Both the position numbers and the translations under genes were made by a program. From assembly GCA_951406725.2 (NCBI GenBank), contig OX597814.1, forward strand, positions 112,778,001-112,842,000: a DNA stretch of 64,000 bases, given 5' to 3'. The stretch comes from Octopus vulgaris (lineage: Eukaryota). Under the pieces are notes generated by a model. That model did no database searches. It saw only the letters and a list, made by a program, of their open reading frames with translations, and was not told the origin of the DNA. Of the stretch, positions 14,013 to 28,234 are shown piece by piece. Position 1 is the stretch's first letter. Each line of letters begins with the position of its first letter.

Positions 14013-14498
14013 GACCATTTGTGACTATTTCTTGACGTCGTTCGAGGTCGATAAAAAAGTATCAGTTGAACGCTGGGGTCGATATAATCGATGAGCCCTC
14101 TCCCCAAAATTTCAGGCCGACCTGGGGTTAAACAACAATAGCAACAAGTTACAAACAAGCCTAATTTGTATATATTTTAATGTTTAAGTTTGTTTTGTCA
14201 GAATTGGCTTGGGACATTGCACAACAACAACAATAACAATAACAGCAACAATGGTTTGCAACAACAAAGATAACAACAATAAACCAAATTTTTAAAGAAA
14301 TTTCCAGCATTTTTTGAAGGAATAAAAGAAACAAAAAGAATTTCTTGTCGATTCTCAAGAAATATAAACAGTTCGTTTCGTGAGAATTTCAAGGATTTGC
14401 TGGACATGTCTGTTTGTTTAAGATGTTCGCTTCTTCGAAACTGCAGCGGCACGTATTCGATCCCACAGGCCTGCACTTTGGGTAAGTGTCATCTATTG

Positions 14499-14765
14499 CA
14501 GTAGTTCCCAAACTTTTTCAGGCTGCCACCCCCTTGGCACCCAGGCCACATTCCTAGCTTCCCCTAACCCTCCCGTCACAGATATACACTTTCTGCAATA
14601 AATTTCACAAATAAAACTTAAACCTAATTAACTTCTTAATATTTTTTTACATCTTTCACCCCATTTTGGCCATCCCATTATCATCCTACCTTTCTTCGAC
14701 ACCCCTATCCCTGGATCTTTCCACTGCCCCCAAGGGGACAGTACTGCCCACTTTGGGAACCATTG
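14499..14765. mobile_element. hAT-type MITE inserted in a family B SINE head
   Basis: TIRs CAGTAGTTCCCAAA and TTTGGGAACCATTG; 8-bp TSD-like ATCTATTG/GTCTATTG; flanks continue a SINE B head. Confidence 0.75.
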
Positions 14766-15187
14766 GTCTATTGTAACATAGGTCTGACTACAGACGGACG
14801 GGTTGAATTTGCTTGACAGAGACTGTGCATAAGCCTCAAATTTCCTTCTGTCTGACGAAGAGCAATTGTTCGAAATGTCATTTCCACTCCTAGTTTTGCA
14901 TCTAAAACTTTCATTGAACGTCAATCCAATATGTACGCTGTGGACGTCTAATTGGCTTTTGTTGCTTCTATATCTTCTTTTTATTTTGTGTGTGTATGTG
15001 TGTGTGTGTGTGTAGCATGTAATGTAAACGTTGATGGAACATTGGTCGTTGAAACCGACGAAGGACCCATCAGCATGAAACAGTTTTACAGGTAGGTAGG
15101 TAGGTAGGTAGGTAGGTAGGTAGGTAGGTAGGTACGTAGGTACGTAGGTAGGTAGATAAGTTGATAGATAGACAGACAGACACAGAC

Positions 15188-15263
<76 letters not shown>

Positions 15264-15921
15264 TGACACACAGATAGATAGAGAGTAAGTGAGTGAGTGA
15301 GTGAGAGAGTGAGTGAGTGAGTGAGTGAGTGAGTGAGTGAATGAGTGAGTGAGAGAGAGGTAAAGAAATGTACTTTATATAAAAGTATATATAAAAATAT
15401 ATGCTTTTATATAAGTATATAAAAGTATATATTTATATAAATATAAATAGATACATATACATGTGTTATATGCGTATATGTGCAAACGTATGTGTGTGTG
15501 TGTGTATATATGTGTAATGTGACTATAAATATATTTCAATATATATGTGTGTGAGTGCGTGTGTATGTGTGTGTGTAATGTGACTATATTTATTTCAACA
15601 TGTGCGTGTATGTGTAAACCTGTACATATGCATGCACACATGTAAAAGTATATGGGTTATTTAGAAATCTAATATATATGCAAACACACTTAAGGCAGGC
15701 ATGTCACGTTACATACGCAAATATAGACGCATATTGTCTCGTAACAAAACAGAAACAAGCAGCAAAGCTGAAACAAGCACACACACACACACACAGACAC
15801 GCATACGTACATACACACACATATATATTGATACATATATAGATATGTATATGTGTGTGTATATATATATATATATGTATATATACATACATATATATAT
15901 ATATGTATATATATATATACG

Positions 15922-15953
<32 letters not shown>

Positions 15954-15956
15954 TGC

Positions 15957-16040
<84 letters not shown>

Positions 16041-16099
16041 AATATATACATACGCACATATATATATGTGTGTATATATATATTTAAATATTCATGCGT

Positions 16100-16130
<31 letters not shown>

Positions 16131-18151
16131 CACACATCTGTTTGTCAGCGTGTTCATCTCCATGGGTGTTTTGTGTATGTATCTGCATTTGTGGACATGA
16201 TTCGCGTATGTGACTGTAAGGGTAGTGGGTGTATATATGTAAATATTTATGATGTAAATATTTAGCAGTATGCATACACACACACACCTACACCTATAAG
16301 TACATACATACATGCGTACGTACACACTTGTATACCGTACGTACAATACCAAAGCTGCAAGCTTGCATAAAGACCCACACCGAAATATGGACTGAGATAT
16401 ATTAACATGAGTGTAAACTAACCAGATGTGTATGTACTTATAAACACGCACACTCATACGTACGTACGTACGTACGTACATACATACATACATACATACA
16501 TACATACATACATACATACATGTTGCTGTGTATAGATGTATGTTTCATTGTGTACGTATCTGTCTTCCCACCTCTCGTATCTCTCACCACCAAATCCGGC
16601 AGCATAAAAGAAAAGCACCATAACGTCACGCACAGATCACATTGAGAGACTCAGATATATATATTTTGATCAATCCAATCCAATCCCAACTTCCATTGCA
16701 ATGTTTTAACGACAGCTCTGTTATAAATATGGTTGTTGTTGTCGTTATTGAACCGGTGGCGGTGGCGGTGGTGGCAGTGGCTGTGGTGGTGGTGGTGGTG
16801 GTGGTGGTGGCGGCGATAGTAGTTACTGCTGAGGTTTTCTGTCTTGTAACGCTGCTGTTGTTGTTGTTAAGCAACAAGACGGGTAAGGGTGATTAGGTGA
16901 TGGTCTAGGGCTTAGGGGTGGCAGACACCAGACCTTGGAAAAAAAAAAGCTTTGGTCGTCTTGTTGTAGTCGAGGGCTCTTCGTTGATGCCCGACACCAC
17001 TGGGAGGTGGCCCTCGAAGTCGCTGGAAATGGAGATCTCCATTGTAACGCTAGTGAGGAATGGATGTGATAGTGTTGATATTTGCGTGTTGTCTGGTGTT
17101 ACTGTGATCGTAGCACTACTTGTAGCGGTTCTAGAGCTAAGGGTTTTATCAGTATCAAGGCTAATGAGGAAGTGGTTTTGGGTGTACAATATCTCTACAT
17201 TAATTCTGTGATCGAATACATGACTACAATGGTTTCAAATATTTTCGCTTTTATTTTAATAACTAATTTATGGTCACAAGACCAAATATTAATTTAGTTG
17301 GTTGCACGAACGCAAATGAATGATTACTGCTTTATTTTATTGATATTTGAAGAATAAAAGACAAATTTAACATCGATATTATTTGAACTCAAGGATCATG
17401 TGTAAATACTGCAAAGCAGTCGAAGTGAGCGCTCTTATATCTTTGTTGATTTATCGCCTTAACAGTAATAGCAATACATACATTAATACAGATATCTATA
17501 CATCTAAGAAAGCTGCTTATTAATTAGTCGTCAGTGAGTAAATTTTTCTACAACAATCAATTTTAAAGTTCACACTAACTAGACAATTCTTATAAATTCT
17601 AATTTTAATACTTCTTTTTATCAAAATGTGGTTTTCAAGATTCTTTTATTATCGTAGACTTCAATGACATTGTGATCTTACAATGCGGGATAGCGTTTTT
17701 TAATGTGTCTGATTATACAGCTGGAGGATATGCTGGAGTTTTCTTAAGTCAACTACATCAGGAATTTTATTGTTACTGAACAATGAAGTAATTGTGAGAT
17801 TCCATGGCAACCACTCACTTAAAATTGATGCGAAAGTTTATTTTTTTATATCAAATTAAACGACTGCTGTTGGCACCTGAGTTACGAGAGCAGTCCGAGC
17901 GAACGGCGATTAGCGTCAAAAAATTGCAAACTGTCAAAATTTAAAGTATTAAATAGGTTTTAAATTACAGTCTACCATATTTTCCATATGAAAGTATTAT
18001 TGGTCCCCATACTTTAAGCAGATTACAATCTTCCATACTTTAAATATTTTACATCCCTACATTAAACGTATGAGGATCTCTTATACTTTAAGTATATGAC
18101 AGTCCTCCCAACACTATTTTGCATAGTTTGTTTTTTTTTTGGTTTTTTTTT

Positions 18152-18310
18152 TGGAGTGACTGTTTGGTAAGTAGCTTGCTTACCAACCACATGGTGCCGG
18201 GTTCAGTCCCACTGCGTGGCACCTTGGGCAAGTGTCTTCTACTATAGCGTCGGGCCAACCAAAGCTTGTGAGTGGATTTGGTAGACGGAAACTGGAAGAA
18301 GCCCGTCGTA
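18152..18310 (+). mobile_element. SINE family B head (tRNA plus CORE-like region)
   Basis: GGAGTGACTGTTTGGTAAG..GGTTCAGTCCC..CACCTTGGGCAAGTG..GAAGCCCGTCGTATA, then a microsatellite. Confidence 0.85.
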
Positions 18311-18328
18311 TATGTATGTATGTATATA

Positions 18329-18364
<36 letters not shown>

Positions 18365-18719
18365 TGTATGTATGTATGTATGTATGTGTGTGTGTATATT
18401 TGGAATGTATCACTAAGCTGTTCTTGCTTTGGTCTCAGCCTGAAACTTGCAGGTATCTTCCTCTAATGACATCAGTGATTACAACAGAACCTTTGCTTGG
18501 TACGAGACTTTCTCCAAGATACTCAAAACTGCCCATAACACGAGAGTCCACATGCTATTACGAAAAGTGCTGATACTATAGTGATACAGAAGAATCTTCT
18601 CTTTCAATGACATACAAATGATAAACAAAGACAAAAAAAAACTAATGTGGGAAAAATATACAGTGAAATTAAATTAATTTAAATTAAAATTACTTTAAAT
18701 TAAATTATGTTTATCACTA

Positions 18720-18950
18720 CCCAAATGGTACACAAAATATATCAGAGTTTCCTTACATTTCAATCTTCCATACTTTTCATATATTTTAAGTATAGAATTA
18801 CAGTCTTCCTCGCTTTAAATATATTACAGTCTCTCATACTTTTCGTATATTATAGTCTTCTATACTTTAAATATAAAATGGCAGTCGTCTTCGCTTTAAA
18901 TATATTACAGTCTCCCATACATTATATATTACAGTCTCTCCTACATTAAA
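18720..18950. repeat. Diverged ~27-31 bp AT-rich tandem repeat
   Basis: Recurrent TATTACAGTCTYCCATACTTTAAATA; a related array lies at 17940-18110. Confidence 0.6.
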
Positions 18951-19088
18951 TATATTGTATCTTTCTTCAAATATGATACAATCCGCCTTAGTTTTTTTTT
19001 CTACATTTACAGTGTTCCATCTTAGATATTGTTCCTTATTATTATTGGACCCATCAATAATAAAGGACAAACGTAGCCTGACATATGA

Positions 19089-19093
19089 AATGA

Positions 19094-19125
<32 letters not shown>

Positions 19126-19511
19126 ATGATGATGATGATAATGTGGAGGAGGAGGAGGAGGAGGAGGAGGAGCACGAGGAGAAAGACGACGACGACAAGA
19201 ATGACAATGATGATGATGGTGGTGATGGTGGTGATGATGGTGGTGGTGGCGGCGGTGGTGGTGGTTGTGGCGGTGCTGGTGACGGTGAGAGTAATGGTGA
19301 CGGTGATAGTGGTAACGATGTCGGAGTAAATGATGATTCCTGTGGTGGTGGTGGTGGTGGTGGTGGTGGTGGCGTTGGTGGGGCTGATGGTAGTGATTGT
19401 GATAGTAGTGGTGGTCGTGGTAGTAGTGGTGGTGATGATGATGGTGGTGGTTGTGATGGTAGTGGTGGTGGTGGAGGTGGTGGTGGTGGAGGTGGTGGTG
19501 GTGGTGGTAGC

Positions 19512-19542
<31 letters not shown>

Positions 19543-19780
19543 ATGATGGTGTTGGTGGTGGTGGTGGTAGTAGTGATGGTGATGATGATGTTAATGGTTG
19601 TGATGGTAGTGGTGGTAGTGGTGGTGGTGTGGATAGTGGTTGTAGTGGTGGTGGTGGTGGTGGTTGTGGTTGTGGTTGTGGTGGTGATTTGTGGTGGTGG
19701 TGGTGGTGATGAGAGTGGTGATTTGTGGTGGTGGTGGTGGTGATGGTGGCGGTGGTGAGAGTGGTGATTTGTGGTGGTGT
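19089..19780. repeat. Compound trinucleotide low-complexity tract (GGT/GAT/GAG/AGT)
   Basis: Seen directly in the sequence. Confidence 0.9.
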
Positions 19781-20570
19781 TCGTTTCTTAGATTTAAAGG
19801 AGAATTGCGCCAAACTTCTTTTTTAGTTTATTTTTCACGGTTGATTACATCGTTAACTGTACAAAATTAATAGAGAGACCACGACAACCACAACAACAAC
19901 AACAGCATCAGCAGCAGCTACAGCAACAACAGAAACGATAGCAACAATAACAACAACGCCCCCAACAGTGACAATTGCAACAACAATAAGATTTTAACAC
20001 GTCATATTGATAATCCGGTGTGAATAAAAAGAACAAGATTATGTATGAATGCACGCACTCTCATACACACACGGATGCACACACACACATACACACGCAT
20101 ACACACATACGCACGCATAACCAGCACCCCCTCGAACGCATGAATAGATACACCTTATATATATATATGTATATATATATATGTATATATATTTATGTAT
20201 ATATATATACATAAATATATATATATATACATAAATATATATACATATATAAATGTATATATATATATGTGTGTGTGTATGTGTGTTTATGTATATATGT
20301 GTGAGTGTATATATGTATTTGTGTGTGTATGTGTGTGTGTGTGTAGATATAGATATAGATATATAAGTATATATATATATATATATTTGTGTGTGGGCGC
20401 AACTATACAAATATATATATACGTATATACTCTGTGTGTGTGCGTGTATATATATATACATATATATACATATATATGTGTGTGTGTATATATATGTATA
20501 TACATATGTATATATATATATACATATATGCATGTATGTATACATGTATATGCATACTTATATACGTATG

Positions 20571-20644
<74 letters not shown>

Positions 20645-20781
20645 TATGTATGTATATGTATGTATATATATATGTGCATGTATATATGTATATATATGTA
20701 TATGTGTGGTATATATATATATATATTCATATATACATAAATATATTTATATATACACATCTACAAATATTATTTATATTC

Positions 20782-20819
<38 letters not shown>

Positions 20820-21694
20820 TTATATATACATATATATACTAGCGTGTATTAGATGTATACATATTCATATCTATTTATAACATACACACACATACATACA
20901 TATTTACGTATTGCTATCTCAACGTTTCGATCAGCACGCGCGCATACACTACACACACACACACACACGCAAACACATATGTGTATGCATTAACGCAATG
21001 ATGGCGGCTAACAATTGTTCCTTTTTCTCTATGGCTACGACCAAAGGGAAATTACAGTCAGTGTTTTTCTAAAATGAATTTATGCCGTGCATAATCAAGT
21101 GTCTGTGAAAACACACTGCCTTATAATTGGTTATCAATTCACCAAATTGTCTCCCCTGTTTTGTTTTCCGGTTCGTCAGACAGGTTGCAGCACAATAACA
21201 TCTATATATCACCCGACTCCATCAATTGATACGGCACAACCTGGCCCTAAATAACATTTCGTTCGCCTCATTTGGCAATTTCTCTCTCCGTTTCCTTCCA
21301 TCTTGTTCTCTTCCATCTTATTATAGCATCTTTCAAGTTAATCTTGGCTTCAGTTTTTCAGCAGCAGATCTTCTTTTCAATCATTCATTGAAACAATCAA
21401 AATTCATTATCTCTTTCTCCCCGCTTTATCCGCTTCGTCCATCTTCCTTTCCTCTCGCTCTATCCTATTCTCTCTATCGCTCTCTCAGCTTCATCCTCTC
21501 TCCTACTCTCTGTTATTTCTCTCTCTATCTCTCTATCTCTTACAGCAATCTATCTCGGTTCGCGTTTTTTAATCATTTTCTCCGCTTCACTCACATCATC
21601 TGTGTATAATGCGAGAACGGAGTCGGAAAAATTCATATTCATCATCACGCTTGTGGTAACTTTATTATTATTAGTATCGTTCATCATCATCACT

Positions 21695-21746
<52 letters not shown>

Positions 21747-21927
21747 CAATCATCATCGTCGGCGGCGGCGTCGTAGTCGTCGTTATCGTCGTCGTCGTCG
21801 TTATTGTCATCACCATCCTCTTCATTTTCATCACCATCATCATCATCATCATCAATAACTACAATATGCAACATTATCATTGTTGTTGTTGTTCTTATTA
21901 TCATTATTATTATTATTATTATTATTA

Positions 21928-22476
21928 ATATTGAGTGAGTGAGAGAGCAGTGCATGCCATCAAAGTGACACTGGGGTAAAATATATGAAGCCCAGTATAC
22001 CCATCATGAATACCTGTCTGATAAGGGTACACCAGGCATATGCATAACAACCATATGTGCGCGACATGGTGATCTCATATCAAGATAAACAGCGCATAAA
22101 CTTGCAGGTGGAGCCCAGTTAGAATTTTCTTCTGGTCGAGTAGCTCATCCCGCTCAAAGGGTCCCTGAATAAGGATTGTTGAACGAAACACCCATAAGAA
22201 TTCCTTTCAACACGCGACTATGATGCTCCCCCACTACTTCTGTTCGTGATCAGAGATGCACATATCGTCAGCCACTAAGGGACATGCTCAACTGGTTAAG
22301 GTCAAACAACTGACAAGCAAATCTGTGGTATTGAGCAGAATATTTGCTGTGGCCCATCTTTTATACCAAGACAAAACAGTGTACATGATAACACTTCCAA
22401 TCAGTTAAGGTGAGAAGCCATGAGAGCCACCGTCTAGTACTGCATCAGGACAAATTATGGTACTGCATCAGGGGAA
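21928..22476. mobile_element. Unclassified insertion between (TTA)n tracts
   Basis: A 550-bp complex sequence bracketed by (TTA)n, with a duplicated GTACTGCATCAGG end motif. Confidence 0.45.
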
Positions 22477-22492
22477 TTATCATTATTATCAA

Positions 22493-22550
<58 letters not shown>

Positions 22551-22569
22551 GTTGTTGTTGTTGTTGTTG

Positions 22570-22631
<62 letters not shown>

Positions 22632-22653
22632 GTTGTTGTTGTTGTTGTTGTTG

Positions 22654-22710
<57 letters not shown>

Positions 22711-22711
<1 letters not shown>

Positions 22712-23375
22712 GGCAGTGAGCGGGCAGTATCGCTACCGCGCCGGAAAAGTGCTTGTCGGCATTTCTTCCGATTTAACGTTCTGAGTTCAAATACCACCGA
22801 GGACGACTTTCAGCCTTCATCCTTTCGTAATCGATAAAATAAATACTAGCTGACTCCTGGGGTCGATGCAATCGACTTACCCCACTCCCCAGAAATTGCT
22901 GGCCTTGTACCATAATTCGAAACCATTATTATTTTTATTGTGAAGGCAGCGAGCTGGCAGAATCGTTACCACACCAAGCGAAAAACTTAGCGCTATTACG
23001 TCTGTCTTTGTGTTCTGAGTACAAAATCCGCCGAGGCCGACTTTGCCTTTCATCTTTTCGGGGTCGATAAAATAAGTACCATTTAAACACTGGGTCGATG
23101 TAATCGGCTTAACCTTCACCCCGAAATTGTTGGCCTTGTGCCAAAGATTTGAAATCATTATTATTATTATTATTGCGTGTTAAGGCGACGAGCTGGAAGA
23201 ATCGTTAGTAGGCCGGACAAAATGCTTAGCCGCATTTCGTCCGTCATTAAGTTCTGATTTCAAATTCCGCCGGGGCCTACATTGCATTTCATCCTTTCGG
23301 GTTGATAAAATAAGTACCAGTTAAATTACTTAACACCTCCCCCCAAAAATGCTGGCCTTGTGCCAAAATTTGAAA
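22711..23375 (+). mobile_element. Three consecutive SINE family A copies
   Basis: Heads at about 22711, 22943 and 23182, separated by short (TTA)n. Confidence 0.85.
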
Positions 23376-23377
23376 TA

Positions 23378-24168
23378 ATTTTTTTTTCCTTCTTTCTTCA
23401 AATTTTCTTCCATTTCTTGCCGAGTGTTTTTCGTATACCTGGGGCAGAGAAGCTCATTGTATGCATTCCCAGATTAAACACGCAAATTTACAGGTAAAAT
23501 ATGTATTTTAAAAAAGATTCATGAACGGATGTTTTCACAGCGATTTTTTGCACTTCCTGTATGGATGGTAAGCCTGGTATCATTTTCAAATAGGTTTCGT
23601 ACCTTTTTTTTTTTATCATTCCTAGAAATCCTACAATCACTGGTACTGTAGTCGCCTTGAGATGTCACATTTTTTCAATTTCTATTAGCAAGTCTTTATA
23701 TTTACTGATCTTGTCAAATTCTTTCGCCGCTATATTGTGATCGCAAGGAATACTCATGTCAATTAATAAACACGCCTTTTTTGTCTGATCTTTTATGTTA
23801 ATATCTGGTTTATTAGCTTTTATAGTTTTGTCAGTATGTACGGGGAAGTCCCATAGAATCGATACATTTTCTCCCTCAGTCACAGCTTCAGGATGGTGTT
23901 TATACCATTTGTCAGCGGTTTTGATTTTACAATGCCGACATATTGTCCAATGTAAATACTGGCCGACTCTGTCATGTCTTGCTTTATATTCTACAGGTGC
24001 TACAACTCTACACCCTGAGATTAGGTGGTCTATAGTCTCAATCTCATCGTTACAGAATCGGCATTTTGGGTCAGCTCCATTTTTTATCACATTGGCTTAG
24101 TAGTTCCGGGTTAATAAGCTTTGGTCTTGAGCAGCTAATATGAAACCTTCACTCTCTGCTTTTAGCCC
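23378..24168 (-). mobile_element. R4/Dong-like non-LTR retrotransposon, 5'-truncated (zinc knuckle plus restriction-like endonuclease)
   Basis: GLKAESEGFILAAQDQSLLTRNY, CRFC..ETIDHLISGC (CCHC), RHDRV, KPDI..LLIDMSIP, KISKYKDL; in-frame stops; joined directly to (TAA)n at 24169. Confidence 0.9.
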
Positions 24169-24240
<72 letters not shown>

Positions 24241-24242
<2 letters not shown>

Positions 24243-24660
24243 GGTTGTGACCTGGCAGAAACGTTAGCACGCCGGGCGAAATACTTAGCGGTATTTCGTC
24301 TGTCTTTACGTTCTGAGTTCAAATTCCGCCGCGGTCGACTTTACCTTTCATCCTTTCGGGGTCGATAAATTAAGTACCAGTGAAACACAGGGGTTGATGT
24401 AATCGACTCATCTCCTCCCCCTGCATTTCAGGCCTTGTGCCTATAATAGAAAGGATTATTATGCGGCGAGCTGGCAGAATCGTTAGCACGCCGGACAAAA
24501 ATGCGGCATTTAGTTATTCTTTATGTTCTGAGTTCAAATTCCACCGAGGTCGACTTTGCCTTTCATTCTTTCGGGATCGATAAAATAAGTACCAGTGAAG
24601 CACTGGGTTCGATGTAATGGACCTCAAACTTGATAGCCTTGTGTCAAAATTTGAAACCAT
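24241..24660 (+). mobile_element. Two SINE family A copies
   Basis: Heads at about 24241 and 24463. Confidence 0.85.
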
Positions 24661-24677
24661 TGTTTGTGGCGGGAGTA

Positions 24678-24758
<81 letters not shown>

Positions 24759-25550
24759 TCGTTGTCGTCACTGTGGTCACAGCAGCCAGCTAATCAACAG
24801 TGTTTTTTTTTATGTCGAACCTGTCTATCTGTCTTCTCTGTGACTCTCTCTCTCTCCCTCTCTCCATTCTCTCTTCTTTTCCCCTTCTCTCTCCCTCTTT
24901 CCATTCTCTCTTCTCTTCCTCCCTCTCTCTCTCTCTCGTCTCTCTGTCGGCTGGTTGGCTGATTGGCCGGTGGGCCAACTGAGTCGATTTCCCATAGGAG
25001 CAATTGTCGAAATAAGGAAAAAAAAATAGGGGGGTACCCATTCTAGAAAATGACATAAATGTGCCGAAAGATTGAAGGGATTGGCGGGGGAGGGCGGGCA
25101 TATGGGGAGGAGAGTAGACGAAGAGAAGAAGATGATGAACAAAAAGAAAAATAACATCTTGGTTAATAACATATGTCTTATTTATTAGCAACCATTTTGA
25201 TATTCCGCTAACGCTGACCCCTTCACTCACTTGCCCCCAATGCGCCCTTCCTTTCTCACTAACACTACAGTACTACGTAATTTGTTTTCGTGGTTATATT
25301 TATTTGCGTGTTTGCTTTTGTTTGTTTTTTCTGTTTTGTTGTTGCTTGTTAGGAGGAAAACTGTTTGGGTGTGACACGAGTTTGTTTTCTTTCGTTAATA
25401 ACAATTCCAAAATTTGTTGCCGCCATTTTCGATGCTTCCAGTTGATATTCTGTATATTTAGATGCATCCACTCTGCCTGTGGTTTATGGCGAAAGAAAGA
25501 AACGGTGGAGAAGGGAGCAGCGGAGAAATATTAGATAGAGTAGTAATAGT

Positions 25551-25641
<91 letters not shown>

Positions 25642-25674
25642 GGTGGTGGTGGTGGTGGTGGTGGTGGTGGTGGT

Positions 25675-25713
<39 letters not shown>

Positions 25714-25741
25714 ATACGAGTAGTAGTAGAAGTAGTAGTAC

Positions 25742-25805
<64 letters not shown>

Positions 25806-26689
25806 TGGGTGTAACAAAGAGGGGGAAAGGGGTGGGAAACAGGGAAAGAGAAAGTAAAAGTAGAAAATAGAAGAGGAGAGAGTTAACGAGAAAGAGAGGG
25901 AGAGAGAGAGAGAGAGACACGGTATTCATGACCTTCTGGAATAAGAGGTGTTTAATGATGAGTGAGATGAATGCGGCTGATCTTTAGTTTGAACCAGCTT
26001 CCCCTCAGCTCAGACCATAGTATCCTATGTATGCATAAGTATTTATCAATGGAGGAGCGTTTACATGGCAGCTGATCTTTATAGGAATACGAGCCAAATT
26101 TACTTCAAATTATGCTCTTCTCTTGTATGTGTGAACGAATGAGCGAGACCTCTATAAGCTAACTAAACCTCAAATAACGCCCGTTCATCTTAAAAACGAA
26201 AGCTCATTAGATTATGTTATCATTGATAAATAATGCAATAACTAAGCGTTCCAGATTTAATGAGACCTATGCCGATATTGTTCCGGGTTCAATCTCACTG
26301 CGTGGCACCTTGGGTAAGTGACTGAACCCGGAACCATGCGGTTGGTAAGCAAGCTACTTACCACACAGCCACTCCTGCGCCTATACATTGCTTGTTAAAA
26401 TGAACAAGATTTGTTGATAGCCTGTTAAAATTGACTAAATTCCGGGGTTTTATCTGTTAATTTACCCTTTATATCAACGGTAACTTCTTCAACTCTCTCG
26501 ACATCATTACTCTGCTAAACAAACTATTTTGTGTTTTTAAAGAGTTCTATCTTTTCCAGGCACAAAATTTCAATAACAATCTGAAGTAATTCCTTCTCAA
26601 ATATTCAGTCAGAGTACTTATAAGATTACTAAGCAATTTTTCACTAAAAACATAGCTTGTTCCTTGTTTTTTTTTCTTTTTTTTTCTTT

Positions 26690-26912
26690 TATTTGTTTCA
26701 GTTATTTGACTGCGGCCATGCTGGAGCACCGCCTTTAGTCGAGCAAATCGACCCCAGGACTTCTTCTTTGTAAGCCTAGTACTTATTCTATCGGTCTCTC
26801 TTGCCGAACCGCTAAGTGACGGAGACGTAAACACTCGACCATCGGTTTCCAAGCGATGTTGGGGGGACAAACACAGACACACAAGCATATGCACACACAC
26901 ACACACGTATAA

Positions 26913-26976
<64 letters not shown>

Positions 26977-27241
26977 AATATAAGAGAGTGGTCACTATAT
27001 TGATCACTCTAGCACCAGTTAATCCAAAAGGTTTCAAAAGGTGCTAGAGTGATCAATATAGTGACCACTCTCTTATATTTATTTTGTGAAAATATTATAA
27101 TATGTTATAAAATATTATAATAATCCAGGTTTCTCGTAGCACTAGGCCACTTGGTGTGGAATAAATATACTATTAAATTAGTATCTAATTCTCTCACCCT
27201 TATTAATTATTTATATATATATATACATATATATATGTATA

Positions 27242-27326
<85 letters not shown>

Positions 27327-27440
27327 CGGCCAGAGGCTATAGTAGAAGACACTTGCCCAAGATGCCACACGGTGGGACTGAACCCGGTACCATGTGGTTG
27401 GTAAGTAAGCTACTTACCACACACCAACTCCTACGCCTTG
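26690..27440 (-). mobile_element. Bipartite SINE family B with nested palindromic insertion
   Basis: Partial head 27325-27440 and tail 26690-26885; the internal microsatellite contains element 26971-27210. Confidence 0.75.
26971..27210. mobile_element. Minimal fold-back element in (TA)n
   Basis: Perfect 46-bp inverted arms (26971-27016 and 27040-27085), 23-bp spacer, tail homologous to 4993-5075. Confidence 0.8.
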
Positions 27441-28234
27441 TGTACATATTTTCTTCTGAACTTTTGTACTTTTAGTAAAAAATGTATTCCGACTTCTGGT
27501 TTGTTTAATATTGTTTCAGTTCTTAAACTCTCTCATATCTCCTTTATATTTGTCATACTAACATAACGACGCTTCTCCACAAAATTCCTCAAATGAGTAA
27601 AAGCGCCTGAAATGTAGTAACACATTAGTCAACTTTTCACTAAAATTAATCATTTGTTCATTTTTCGTGGAATTTTCTTGTCTTCAACAAGCTTCCGTCT
27701 TTTACATGAAGCTATGAGAAAGATTTGCCAATAATTAAAATGCAAAAAAAAAAAGCAGCATTTGAAGCGGCTTTAAAAAGAATATGATAAATTGCTGTCT
27801 CTCTTTCCTTGAGCTATCTTTCACCGATTATGAATTATTGCATACAAAGGCATGCTTTAAATGGAAACTAGGTTAAGATAGCAATATAAACCATTCTTTC
27901 TCATTGGTTGGTAATTCGGAAAAATTCAAAACTCCAAATATTTGATTGAGAGAATGTATGAGAAATGAGAAATAAAGAACAGGAGTCAAAGCTAAAGATG
28001 ATGTTCTAAAATGTTGTTTAAAAGATATGTTTATGAAATAATAGCCTTACGAATGCCAGACGAAACATCATAAAGGGCGACATACGAACTGAGTGCCTCG
28101 GGTTACGGTTCGCAGATCCAAATGTCTGATCAACACACTACAATAAGCAAGTAATCGACCCCCTCCTTTTTTTTTTTTTTAATTTGCTATCCCCAACCAT
28201 TATCAACAATAACCATTATTAATACTTATTTTGC

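Noticed and set aside
18955-19813. Poly-Pro/Gly/Val ORFs up to 263 aa (also 41567-41818 and 61820-62535)
   Set aside because: Trinucleotide low-complexity tracts open in several frames on both strands; no domain signal.
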